From: Ignavibacteria bacterium
Lineage (GTDB): Bacteria > Bacteroidota > Ignavibacteria > UBA10030 > SZUA-254
Assembly: GCA_003235555.1 (NCBI GenBank)
Contig: QJVY01000065.1
Location: 1 to 45,209, forward strand
Direction: 5' to 3'
DNA length: 45,209 nucleotides
Translations under genes and position numbers: made by a program
Notes under the pieces: generated by a model
Databases searched by the model: none
What the model was told of the DNA's origin: nothing
The model's input: only the letters and a program-made list of their open reading frames with translations
Shown here: positions 23,754 to 32,007 of the stretch, piece after piece
How positions within the stretch are numbered: position 1 is the first letter of the stretch
How the letters are laid out: every line of letters begins with the position of its first letter

Positions 23754-26210
23754 ATGGAAATTAGTCGACGTGATTTCGTCAAGCTGATCGGGGGGATATC
23801 GGGTAGCGTCGCGCTCGGGGGATGCGCCCTCGACGAAGTGCTGGAGATTCCGGAGAGGATCGTCCGCCGGATGCGCACCGGGCCGGGGCTGGAAACCTGG
23901 AAGAACACCGTCTGCGGATTGTGCCCCGCCGGGTGCGGGATGAGCGTCCGGCTGATCGACTCCGTACCCGTGGGGATCAAGGGGAACGGTCAGTATCCGG
24001 TCAACCAGGGAGGTCTCTGTCCGCTGGGGCTCAACGCACTCCACCTCCTTTACCATCCCGACCGCCTCAAGGGACCCGTCCGGAGGGTGGGGAATCCCGG
24101 GAGCGGGAAATGGGAACCGGTCTCCTGGGATGAAGCACTGACAACGATCGCCGACCGGCTGACAGAACTCCGGAGGTCCGGGCGGTCCCGCGAGGTCGCG
24201 GTCCTCGGCAACACGGAGCGGGGTGTGATGGAGGAACACCTTCGCCGGTTCCTGACGTCGTACGGCTCGCCCAACTACTTCCGATTTTCACCGGAACAGA
24301 ACGATTCGGTCCCCTTCGCGCTCGTCCACGGCCGTCCCGACATTCCCTCGTTCGACCTGCTCGGCGCCGGCCTGGTGTTGAGTTTCGGCGCGAACTTCCT
24401 GGAGGACGGGTGGTCGCCGGTGTATTACACGAAACTCTACAGCCGGCACCGGGAGCAGCAGACGCGGTACATCCAGGTGGAATCGCGCATGAGCATGACC
24501 GCCTCGAACGCCGAACGCTGGATACCCGTGCGTCCCGGGACGTACGGGGCGCTCGCCCTCGGTATCGCGTACGTCCTCATCCGGGAGGACCTCTTCAACG
24601 AACGGTTCGTGCGCAACGACACGTTCGGATTCGAAGACTGGGTCGATACCGCGGGGACGAAACACATCGGTTTCCGGAACATCGTCCTCGGGAACTACTA
24701 CCCGGAGAAGGTCTCGGAAATCACGGGCGTCCCGGCCGCAACGATCCTGGAACTCGGGAGGCTCGTGGGAAGCACGCCGAAGACCGTTGTCATCGGCGGG
24801 TCGGGTGCGGGCGACAATACCAACGGGACATTCTCACAGATGGCCGTTCAGAGCCTCAACGCCCTCCTCGGGAACTACGACCCCGGGGGAGGGGTCTTTT
24901 TCCACGGCCATGCACCGCTCGACCGGTTCCCCGATCTCACGCTCGACGGTCCGGCGAAGGCGGGCATCCGGGCCGAACCGCTCGGCGGCCCCGGGAAGGA
25001 TGCGTATCCCCTGACCGGTTTTTCCATCGATCGCTTTGCGAAGAACGTTGCCGCGGAAGAACCCTACCCCCTCAGCGTCCTCTTCCTCTACGGCGGCAAT
25101 CCCCTCTTCCAGGCGCTGAACCACCAGGACCTTTCCGCCGCGCTGAAGAAGGTCCCGCTCGTCGTCAGTTTTGATACGATCATCAACGAGACGAGCGAGT
25201 ACGCCAACCTCGTGCTCCCCGAACACACGTTCCTGGAGAACTGGGGCGAGGTTTCGGACGTCCCGACGGTCGGGTTTTCGCACCTCGGCATCCGGCAGCC
25301 CGTGGTCGAGGCCCTGCACGACACGCGCAACGCCGGTGACGTGTTCATCGAACTCGCCCGCCGGATCGGCGGCGCCGTCGGCTCGTCGGCCCCGTTCACC
25401 GATTACCTCGGGGGACTCAAACACGCCGTCCGCGGTCTGTACCGGTCCGGCGAGGGCTCCGTGGTCACGCGCGGTCAAAAGACGCGGTGGCTCGAATACC
25501 TCCAGCAGAGGGGATGGCAGAGCGGTCGGTACTCGAGCTTCGATGAGTTCTGGGACCAGCTTCTGACCCACGGGGGCTGGTGGAATCCCGTGCGGCGGGA
25601 TGGGAAGGCGGGCGGCAAATTCCCGACTCCATCCGGGAAGTATGAATTCTACTCCCGGAAACTGATGGATGAACTCCACGCGCGGGCGGACCGCGGCGGG
25701 ACCACGGACTCCCGGGGGAACCTCGAATCGCTGCTGAGCCGCCTGGACATCGCGGCCCGGGGGGACAACGTGGCCCTTCCGCACCACGAGCCCGTGCCCT
25801 ACGAAGGGGACCGTCCGCTCTACCTGGTCACGTTCCAGGTGCTCCCCAACCGTGACGGTGTCGGGGCCGCTCTCCCGATGATGCAGGAAATGTTCGGGTA
25901 CGCGGTGCACGCCCACTGGGAGTCCTGGGTCGAGATCCACCCGGAGACGGCCGCCGCCGCGGGCATATCCTCCGGGGACTGGACCTGGGTGGAGTCGTCG
26001 GTCGGAAGCGTGCGGGTCAGGGCCAGGGTGACGCCCGGCATCATGCCCGATGTTGTCGCGATTCCCTTCGGGATGGGTCACACCTCCTACGGACGGTACG
26101 CGCGGGGCTACGGGGTCAACCCGAACACCATCCTCAGGAACCTCCACGACCGGTTGAGCGGCAAGCCCGCGACCGGGGCGACAAAAATCAGAATCTCACG
26201 TGCAGTCTAA
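23754..26210 (+). CDS. Molybdopterin-oxidoreductase family large subunit (complex iron-sulfur molybdoenzyme, CISM, alpha-like) with a Tat leader
   Basis: 'MEISRRDFVKLIGG...ALGGCA' is a Tat motif plus a possible lipobox. The FS0 motif 'CGLCPAGCG-x27-C' (C-x2-C-x3-C-x27-C) is present. Typical blocks include 'ISWDEAL', 'YGSPN', 'ANF.E', 'RPGTYGALALG' and the C-terminal beta-barrel 'V.IHPETAAAAGISSGDWTWVES..G'. Confidence 0.9.
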   Translation: MEISRRDFVKLIGGISGSVALGGCALDEVLEIPERIVRRMRTGPGLETWKNTVCGLCPAGCGMSVRLIDSVPVGIKGNGQYPVNQGGLCPLGLNALHLLYHPDRLKGPVRRVGNPGSGKWEPVSWDEALTTIADRLTELRRSGRSREVAVLGNTERGVMEEHLRRFLTSYGSPNYFRFSPEQNDSVPFALVHGRPDIPSFDLLGAGLVLSFGANFLEDGWSPVYYTKLYSRHREQQTRYIQVESRMSMTASNAERWIPVRPGTYGALALGIAYVLIREDLFNERFVRNDTFGFEDWVDTAGTKHIGFRNIVLGNYYPEKVSEITGVPAATILELGRLVGSTPKTVVIGGSGAGDNTNGTFSQMAVQSLNALLGNYDPGGGVFFHGHAPLDRFPDLTLDGPAKAGIRAEPLGGPGKDAYPLTGFSIDRFAKNVAAEEPYPLSVLFLYGGNPLFQALNHQDLSAALKKVPLVVSFDTIINETSEYANLVLPEHTFLENWGEVSDVPTVGFSHLGIRQPVVEALHDTRNAGDVFIELARRIGGAVGSSAPFTDYLGGLKHAVRGLYRSGEGSVVTRGQKTRWLEYLQQRGWQSGRYSSFDEFWDQLLTHGGWWNPVRRDGKAGGKFPTPSGKYEFYSRKLMDELHARADRGGTTDSRGNLESLLSRLDIAARGDNVALPHHEPVPYEGDRPLYLVTFQVLPNRDGVGAALPMMQEMFGYAVHAHWESWVEIHPETAAAAGISSGDWTWVESSVGSVRVRARVTPGIMPDVVAIPFGMGHTSYGRYARGYGVNPNTILRNLHDRLSGKPATGATKIRISRAV

Positions 26211-26227
26211 ATCAGAGGGACCCGCCC

Positions 26228-26911
26228 ATGGCTAAATGGACGATGGCGATCGACCTGGACCGGTGCACCGGCTGCGGCGCGTGCATGGTGGCGTGCAAGA
26301 CGGAGAACAACGTCCCCATCGTGACCCCGGAGGAGGCCCACGAGGGCAGGGTGATGAACTGGATGGAGATGATCACCGAGTACGAGGGTGATTATCCCAA
26401 CCTCTCGGTGAGGCGGATGCCGAAACCCTGCTTCCATTGCGACAATCCCCCCTGCACGCGTGTCTGCCCGGTGGGGGCAACGTACCGGAACGAGGAAGGG
26501 CTCGTCGCCCAGATCTACCACCGGTGCATCGGATGCCGGTACTGCATGGTCGCATGCCCCTTCACGGCGAAGGTGTTCAACTGGCATGAACCGATCTGGA
26601 TGGAAGGGGCGGACACCTGTTATAATCCGGACGTGTCGCGGCGGATGGTCGGTGTAGTGGAGAAGTGCTCCTTCTGTGCTCACAGGCTGACGAAAGTGAA
26701 GGAAGAGGCTGACGGGGAGGACCGGTCGAATAACGACGGGGAGTACCTCCCCGCCTGCGCCGAGATCTGCCCCGCGGACGCGATCACGTTCGGGGACCTC
26801 GAGGACAGGACGAGCGCCGTCTACGGGAAGTCGCGGGATTACCGGGCCCACAGGATCATGGAGGACCTGGGTGTGGAACCCAAAGTGTACTACCTTTCGA
26901 AGAGGACGTGA
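26228..26911 (+). CDS. Four-cluster [4Fe-4S] ferredoxin subunit (PsrB/NrfC/QrcC/ActB2-like)
   Basis: Four Cys groups are present: 'CTGCGACMVAC', 'CFHCDNPPCTRVCP', 'CIGCRYCMVACP' and 'CSFC...ACAEICP'. It has no signal peptide of its own, which is consistent with Tat hitch-hiking on the large subunit. Confidence 0.95.
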   Translation: MAKWTMAIDLDRCTGCGACMVACKTENNVPIVTPEEAHEGRVMNWMEMITEYEGDYPNLSVRRMPKPCFHCDNPPCTRVCPVGATYRNEEGLVAQIYHRCIGCRYCMVACPFTAKVFNWHEPIWMEGADTCYNPDVSRRMVGVVEKCSFCAHRLTKVKEEADGEDRSNNDGEYLPACAEICPADAITFGDLEDRTSAVYGKSRDYRAHRIMEDLGVEPKVYYLSKRT

Positions 26912-28254
26912 TGACAGAGAAACATCTTCCCTACGAACACGAACTCGACGCCACGCTCTACAAGCCCATCTATCACACCGGGAAGGGGTACTACCTGACG
27001 GTCGCCGTCCTCCTCGCCGTCATCGTCTGGGCGCTCTACATGTTTTACATGCAGCTCCGGACGGGCCTCGGCCTCACCGGGATGGCTCAGCCGATTTCCT
27101 GGGGCTTCTACATCGTCAATTTCGTGTTCTTCATCGGCATCAGCCATGCGGGGACGCTGATCTCGGCGATCCTCCGCCTCTCCAAGGCGGAGTGGAGGCG
27201 CCCCATCACCCGCATGGCGGAGGTCATCACCGCCATCGTCCTGGCGATCGGGGGGCTGCACCCGATCATCGACCTCGGACGGCCGGACAGGATGCTCAAC
27301 CTTCTCACCTCGGGGCGGCTCCAGTCCCCGCTCCTCTGGGACGTGACCAGTATTACGGCCTACTTCACGGCGAGTACCGTGTACCTGTATGTGCCGATGA
27401 TCCCAGATATCGCCCGCCTGCGCGACCAGGGGGGGAAGATGAAATGGCTCTACACCTTCATGGCCTGGGGATTCACCGGCACCGAGCGCCAGAAACACAT
27501 TCTCAACCGCGCCATCAATATTTTGATGGTGATGGTCATCCCCATCGCGGTTTCGGTGCATACCGTCATTTCCTATATCTTTTCGATGACCCTTCAGCCG
27601 GGCTGGCACAGCACGATCTTCGGCCCGTATTTCGTGGTCGGCGCCATCTTTTCCGGCATCGCGGCCCTGTTGATCGTCATGATCGCCTTCCGGAAGGCCT
27701 TCCACCTGGAGGCGTACCTGAAGGAGATCCACTTCAAGTACCTCAGCACGCTCATGCTGATCATGTCCATCATCTGGTTCTATTTCACCTTCTCGGAGTA
27801 CCTGACGGGTGTCTTCGGCGACGAACCGCATGAAATGGACATCATCATGTACAAGTTCACCGGGCCCTTCGCAGTCTTTTTCTGGGGAATGGTCGTGTGT
27901 AATTTCGTCATCCCGATGGTCCTCCTCGCCTTCAAGAAATTCAAAACGATGACCGGTATCCTCGTAGCTTCCATCGCCGTGGTGACCGGCATGTGGCTGG
28001 AGAGGCTCATCATCGTCGTGCCGTCGCTCGCGAACCCGAGGATGGACCTGCCGATGGGGATCTACATCCCCACCGCGACGGAATGGGCCCTGTTCGCCGG
28101 AGGGATCGCCGTCTTCATCCTCGGTTTCATGCTGTTCGCGAAGATGTTTCCGTTGATTTCGATCTGGGAGATCGAGGAGGGAAGGAAAGAGGGTTTGAAG
28201 GAGGTCGAGGAGAGGATCCACAGCTACCTCCCGTCCACCCCCGGCACGACCTGA
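26908..28254 (+). CDS. NrfD/PsrC-family polytopic quinone-interacting membrane subunit (ActC/QrcD-like size)
   Basis: The 448-aa product is very hydrophobic, with 'WGFYIVNFVFFIGISHAGTLISAILRL' and 'W......ITAYF', which are typical of NrfD family proteins. The start is either GTG 26908 or ATG 26911; both overlap the FeS gene stop. Confidence 0.9.
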   Translation: MMTEKHLPYEHELDATLYKPIYHTGKGYYLTVAVLLAVIVWALYMFYMQLRTGLGLTGMAQPISWGFYIVNFVFFIGISHAGTLISAILRLSKAEWRRPITRMAEVITAIVLAIGGLHPIIDLGRPDRMLNLLTSGRLQSPLLWDVTSITAYFTASTVYLYVPMIPDIARLRDQGGKMKWLYTFMAWGFTGTERQKHILNRAINILMVMVIPIAVSVHTVISYIFSMTLQPGWHSTIFGPYFVVGAIFSGIAALLIVMIAFRKAFHLEAYLKEIHFKYLSTLMLIMSIIWFYFTFSEYLTGVFGDEPHEMDIIMYKFTGPFAVFFWGMVVCNFVIPMVLLAFKKFKTMTGILVASIAVVTGMWLERLIIVVPSLANPRMDLPMGIYIPTATEWALFAGGIAVFILGFMLFAKMFPLISIWEIEEGRKEGLKEVEERIHSYLPSTPGTT

Positions 28255-28263
28255 AAAACCTCG

Positions 28264-28313
28264 TCGCCGTTCTCGGCGAACCTCCGGCGGGCAGGGACGG
28301 GGAACGCCCGTCC
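28264..28313 (+). terminator. Two GC-rich hairpins downstream of the NrfD-like gene (possible operon terminator, no U-tract)
   Basis: tcgccg-ttct-cggcga (28264-28279) and ggacggg-gaacg-cccgtcc (28295-28313), both read directly. No T-run follows, so intrinsic-terminator status is weak. Confidence 0.3.
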
Positions 28314-28459
28314 GGTCCTCCGGTTCCTCAACGCGCCGGCCGGGAGCCGATCGGCGTGGATATTTTCCCGAAGTTCGATATCTTACCTGAAATCCACCCC
28401 CCAGATTCGTATCCGACCTTGTACGGTCACACTGCCGTGCGGGATCGGAATAAAGAGGA

Positions 28460-29386
28460 GTGCTCCAATTGCGCGTTACCGCCGGCATTGCCCAGTTCGC
28501 CCCCGAGATTCTGGACCTGGGGAAGTCGATAAAAAAAGCGGCATCGATCATCGCCCGGGCCAAAAAGAAGGGTGTGCAACTCCTGGCATTCGGCGAAACC
28601 TGGCTCCCCGGCTATCCGGTCTGGTCCGACTCGGGCGGTTACAGCGAGTGGGACAACGCGCTCAACAAGAAACTCCACGCACGCCTTTACAAAAATTCCC
28701 TCGAGCTCGGCTCCCCCGAATACCGTGAACTGGCGAAGGCCGTCGCCAAAAATAAACTCCAGGTGGCGATCGGCGTCAACGAACGCGCGGGCAGGTCACT
28801 CTATAATGCACTCCTGATTTTCGATGAAAAGGGCGGGCTCGCCATCCACCGGCGGAAACTCGTTCCCACGTTCGGCGAGCGGCTGGTCTGGGCGCACGGC
28901 GACGCCGTGGACCTGGGGGTCCACGATTCGAAAATCGGGAAGGTCGGGGGACTGATCTGCTGGGAGCACTGGATGCCGCCGGCGAGACAGGTTCTGCATG
29001 AAGCCGGTGAGACGATCCACATCGCGGCATGGCCGCACGGGAAGGAACATCACCAGATCGCGAGCCGCCATTACGCCTTCGAGGGACGGTGCTTCGTCCT
29101 CGCGGCGGCGCTCTACACCGAAAAGAAGATGTTCCCGAAAGACTATGAGCTGCGCGGGGAGCTGAAGAAGCAGCCGAAAGTGTTATTGAACGGTGGCAGC
29201 GCCATCATCGCGCCCGACGGCACATACCTCGTCGAACCCGTTTTCGGGAAGGAAAAGCTCCTCGTGGCCGACATCGACACCGACCGGGCCGCCGAGGAGA
29301 CGCTGACCCTCGACGTTGCGGGGCATTACTCGCGCCCCGACATTTTCGACCTGACGGTGAACCGGAAACGGAAAAACGGAGGGTAG
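28460..29386 (+). CDS. Nitrilase / carbon-nitrogen hydrolase family protein
   Basis: 'LLAFGETWLPGYP' contains the catalytic Glu, 'HRKLVPT' the Lys and 'GGLICWEHWMP' the Cys, together forming the nitrilase Glu-Lys-Cys triad. The start may be the TTG at 28469, which is better spaced from the AGAGGAG sequence than the GTG at 28460. Confidence 0.85.
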   Translation: MLQLRVTAGIAQFAPEILDLGKSIKKAASIIARAKKKGVQLLAFGETWLPGYPVWSDSGGYSEWDNALNKKLHARLYKNSLELGSPEYRELAKAVAKNKLQVAIGVNERAGRSLYNALLIFDEKGGLAIHRRKLVPTFGERLVWAHGDAVDLGVHDSKIGKVGGLICWEHWMPPARQVLHEAGETIHIAAWPHGKEHHQIASRHYAFEGRCFVLAAALYTEKKMFPKDYELRGELKKQPKVLLNGGSAIIAPDGTYLVEPVFGKEKLLVADIDTDRAAEETLTLDVAGHYSRPDIFDLTVNRKRKNGG

Positions 29387-29390
29387 AGCG

Positions 29391-30869
29391 GTGAAAATGA
29401 GAGCCATAGTGTACATCCTTTCCACCGTGTTCATCCCGGTATGGGGGTGGTCGCAACCGGCAATCGAATGGAGCAATGCATACTATGGTGCGGTGGAGGG
29501 AGCCGCATACGCTTTAGCTGCTACCAGCGACGGAGGGTGTGTTTTTGGAGATCGGTATTGGCCCGGAATAGATGAGGTCCGTTTGGTGAAAATCTCTGAA
29601 CAGGGGGATATTTTGTGGGATCGACGATTCAACGGACATGGGCTCTACGGCACACGCATGAGATCAATGTCACCGACCCCGGATGGTGGGTTCATTCTGC
29701 TCGGCGATTATTGGACGTCTACCAGCATTCATGACATACATCTGATAAAAACGGATTCCTCGGGATTTTACGAGTGGGAACAAACCTTCTCCGATACCAC
29801 TCTCCTGTACGCCAGCTCCGTTGCCGCGTTACCGGGCGGGGGATTTATCATCTCGTGCACCCAGGAAACGGTCAACACCGGCAACACCAATGTGAAGATG
29901 GTAAAACTGGATTCAGCCGGGTCACCGATATGGTCACGGCTCTATGGCGGCCCTGGGACGGAATACGGCAAACTCTCCACCCTCGGTGACGGCGGATTTA
30001 TCTGCGTCGGAGGAACAACGTCTTCCGGGGCCGGTGGAACGGATGTGTGGCTGGTCCGATTGACACCGGACGGCGACACACTCTGGACAAGGACCTACGG
30101 GGGCTCCCTCGAAGAAGCGGGAAATTCGATCGTCACGATGCCAGACGGTGGATTCATGATCTGTGGCAGGACATCGTCCTCCGGGGCCGGTGGATCAGAC
30201 GGCCTGTTGATACGAACCGACAGCCTGGGGAATCAGCTGTGGATGCAGACATACGGAGACAGCGCGGAGGATTGGTTCAACGCGATTGCCCTGCTCAATG
30301 ACACCTCACTGGTCATGGTCGGGGCCACCGCCAGTCAGTACAGCTGGTTGAGATATGCTTACGCAGTCGGAGCGGATACGAGTGGAGAGGAAAAATGGTC
30401 ACTGTCCTTCGGATGGCCCGTCGTCGGATCACCCCATATTTCCGCGATAAAGTCAGTTGCACTTGGGGTGACCCCAGGCCAAAACGGTCGAATATTTATA
30501 GGAGGCTCGGTGGCGTATACCTATAATTATGGATCCTTCAGTGATGCCGGGGTCAGCGGTTTAAGAATCACACCCACATCCGTGGAGATTCAAGCCGATG
30601 TGCCGGAGCGGCATCTTCTCCATCAAAATTATCCCAACCCCTTTAACCCCACAACGACGATCAGGTTCGATATCACGCAAGGGTCCTTCGTGAAATTGCG
30701 GATCTTCGACGTCACGGGTCGTGAGCTCCTCACGCCGGTAAACGAATATCTCGGACCCGGGTCATACAGCACGGACGTCGGGATGCCTGCGTATCCCTCC
30801 GGGGTGTATTACTATCAACTCCAGACCCCGGCATTCACCTCCATCAGGAAAATGATCCTGATGAAATGA
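29391..30869 (+). CDS. Secreted repeat protein with a T9SS C-terminal sorting domain
   Basis: A signal peptide is present. The unit 'DGGF(I/M).(V/C)G.T.SSGAGG.D..L+R.D..G..LW..TYGG' recurs. The C-terminus is 'HQNYPNPFNPTTTIRF...LRIFDVTGREL...SGVYYYQL'. The composition is visibly AT-richer than the flanking genes. Confidence 0.8.
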   Translation: MKMRAIVYILSTVFIPVWGWSQPAIEWSNAYYGAVEGAAYALAATSDGGCVFGDRYWPGIDEVRLVKISEQGDILWDRRFNGHGLYGTRMRSMSPTPDGGFILLGDYWTSTSIHDIHLIKTDSSGFYEWEQTFSDTTLLYASSVAALPGGGFIISCTQETVNTGNTNVKMVKLDSAGSPIWSRLYGGPGTEYGKLSTLGDGGFICVGGTTSSGAGGTDVWLVRLTPDGDTLWTRTYGGSLEEAGNSIVTMPDGGFMICGRTSSSGAGGSDGLLIRTDSLGNQLWMQTYGDSAEDWFNAIALLNDTSLVMVGATASQYSWLRYAYAVGADTSGEEKWSLSFGWPVVGSPHISAIKSVALGVTPGQNGRIFIGGSVAYTYNYGSFSDAGVSGLRITPTSVEIQADVPERHLLHQNYPNPFNPTTTIRFDITQGSFVKLRIFDVTGRELLTPVNEYLGPGSYSTDVGMPAYPSGVYYYQLQTPAFTSIRKMILMK

Positions 30870-30942
30870 CGTTGATTAAGTCCCCGTAGATTTGAGAGTG
30901 CCGGGGAACCCATCTCTCACATATCCAGGTGAGAACGGACAG

Positions 30943-31968
30943 ATGAAGGCAATCCTCATCGAACGACAGGGACCCGTTGAAGGCGCCGGTCTCAAGCCCG
31001 AAGAGCTGCCTACCCCCTTCCCCCGTTCCGGGGAAATTCTCCTGAAAATTTCCGCCTGCGGCGTCTGTCACACCGACCTCCACATCGTCGAGGGAGACCT
31101 GCCATTGGTCAAAACTCCCGTCGTTCCGGGCCACCAGATCGTCGGCATGGTCGAGGGGATCGGAAAACCGGGCCCGTCGGCGGATCCCCGCGACAGTGGT
31201 GACAGACCTGTCGCAATCGGTGACCGGGTCGGAGTGCCCTGGCTCAGTTCGACCTGCGGAAAATGCCATTACTGCCTGACCGACCGGCAGAACCTCTGCG
31301 ATTCGATCCGGTTCACCGGATACCATATCGACGGGGGATATGCCGAATACGTTTCGGTGCCCGCGGAGTCGGCGTACCGGATTCCGGAGACGTTCACCGA
31401 CATCATGGCCGCACCCCTTCTCTGCGCGGGGATCGTGGGATACAGAGCCGTGAAACTCTCCGGGATCGGGAGCGGAATGCGGCTTGGGATGGTGGGTTTC
31501 GGGGCGTCGGCGCATGTCAACATCCAGGTCGCGCGATACCTCGGGGCGGACGTCTATGTCTTCTCGCGCGATACGGACCACCGGAAACACGCTGGAGACC
31601 TCGGTGCGGTGTGGACCGGGACACTCGAGATGGTGCCGCCGCACCTGCTCGACGCGGTGATCAGCTTCGCGCCGGCCGGGGGGATCGTACCGCGGATGCT
31701 GGAACTTTTATTGAAGGGGGGGAGGCTGGTTTTGGCGGGGGTCTTCGTCTCGCCCATCGCGGCGTTCGAGTATCCGTTGTTGTATCATGAGCGCTCGATC
31801 TCGAGCGTCGCCAACTCCACGCGCGCCGACGCGACGGAGTTTCTGGAACTCGCCGGGAAGATCCCGGTCACGACGGAAGTGACAGTGTTCGGCCTCGACG
31901 AGGCAGGGAAGGCCCTGGGCGCGCTCAAGCGGAGCGGTCTCAGGGGAGCGGCAGTTCTGGTTCCCTGA
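30943..31968 (+). CDS. Zinc-dependent alcohol dehydrogenase family protein
   Basis: 'CGVCHTDLH', 'PGHQ.VG', the structural-Zn cluster 'C.KC..C......C' and a 'G.G..G' Rossmann motif. I chose the ATG at 30943 (MKAILIERQG) over the upstream TTG. Confidence 0.9.
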   Translation: MKAILIERQGPVEGAGLKPEELPTPFPRSGEILLKISACGVCHTDLHIVEGDLPLVKTPVVPGHQIVGMVEGIGKPGPSADPRDSGDRPVAIGDRVGVPWLSSTCGKCHYCLTDRQNLCDSIRFTGYHIDGGYAEYVSVPAESAYRIPETFTDIMAAPLLCAGIVGYRAVKLSGIGSGMRLGMVGFGASAHVNIQVARYLGADVYVFSRDTDHRKHAGDLGAVWTGTLEMVPPHLLDAVISFAPAGGIVPRMLELLLKGGRLVLAGVFVSPIAAFEYPLLYHERSISSVANSTRADATEFLELAGKIPVTTEVTVFGLDEAGKALGALKRSGLRGAAVLVP

Positions 31969-32007
31969 GGGTCGTGGTGGCGGGACCCGGGCGTCGGGTC
32001 GGCTCAA

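Noticed and set aside
23754-26210. Possible selenocysteine (in-frame TGA) or a catalytic formate-dehydrogenase or nitrate-reductase identity for the molybdopterin-family subunit
   Set aside because: The ORF is uninterrupted with no in-frame TGA, and no SECIS-like context was needed. The operon partners (pentahaem, 4-cluster FeS, NrfD) fit the Psr/Qrc/ACIII branch rather than Fdh or Nar/Nap.
22031-28563. Several long minus-strand ORFs (22031-23425, 24834-26147, 26207-26851, 26890-28563) across the ACIII/Qrc-like operon
   Set aside because: All are antisense to genes with strong family signatures (haem motifs, FS0 and FeS Cys clusters, NrfD helices). Their own products are low-complexity.
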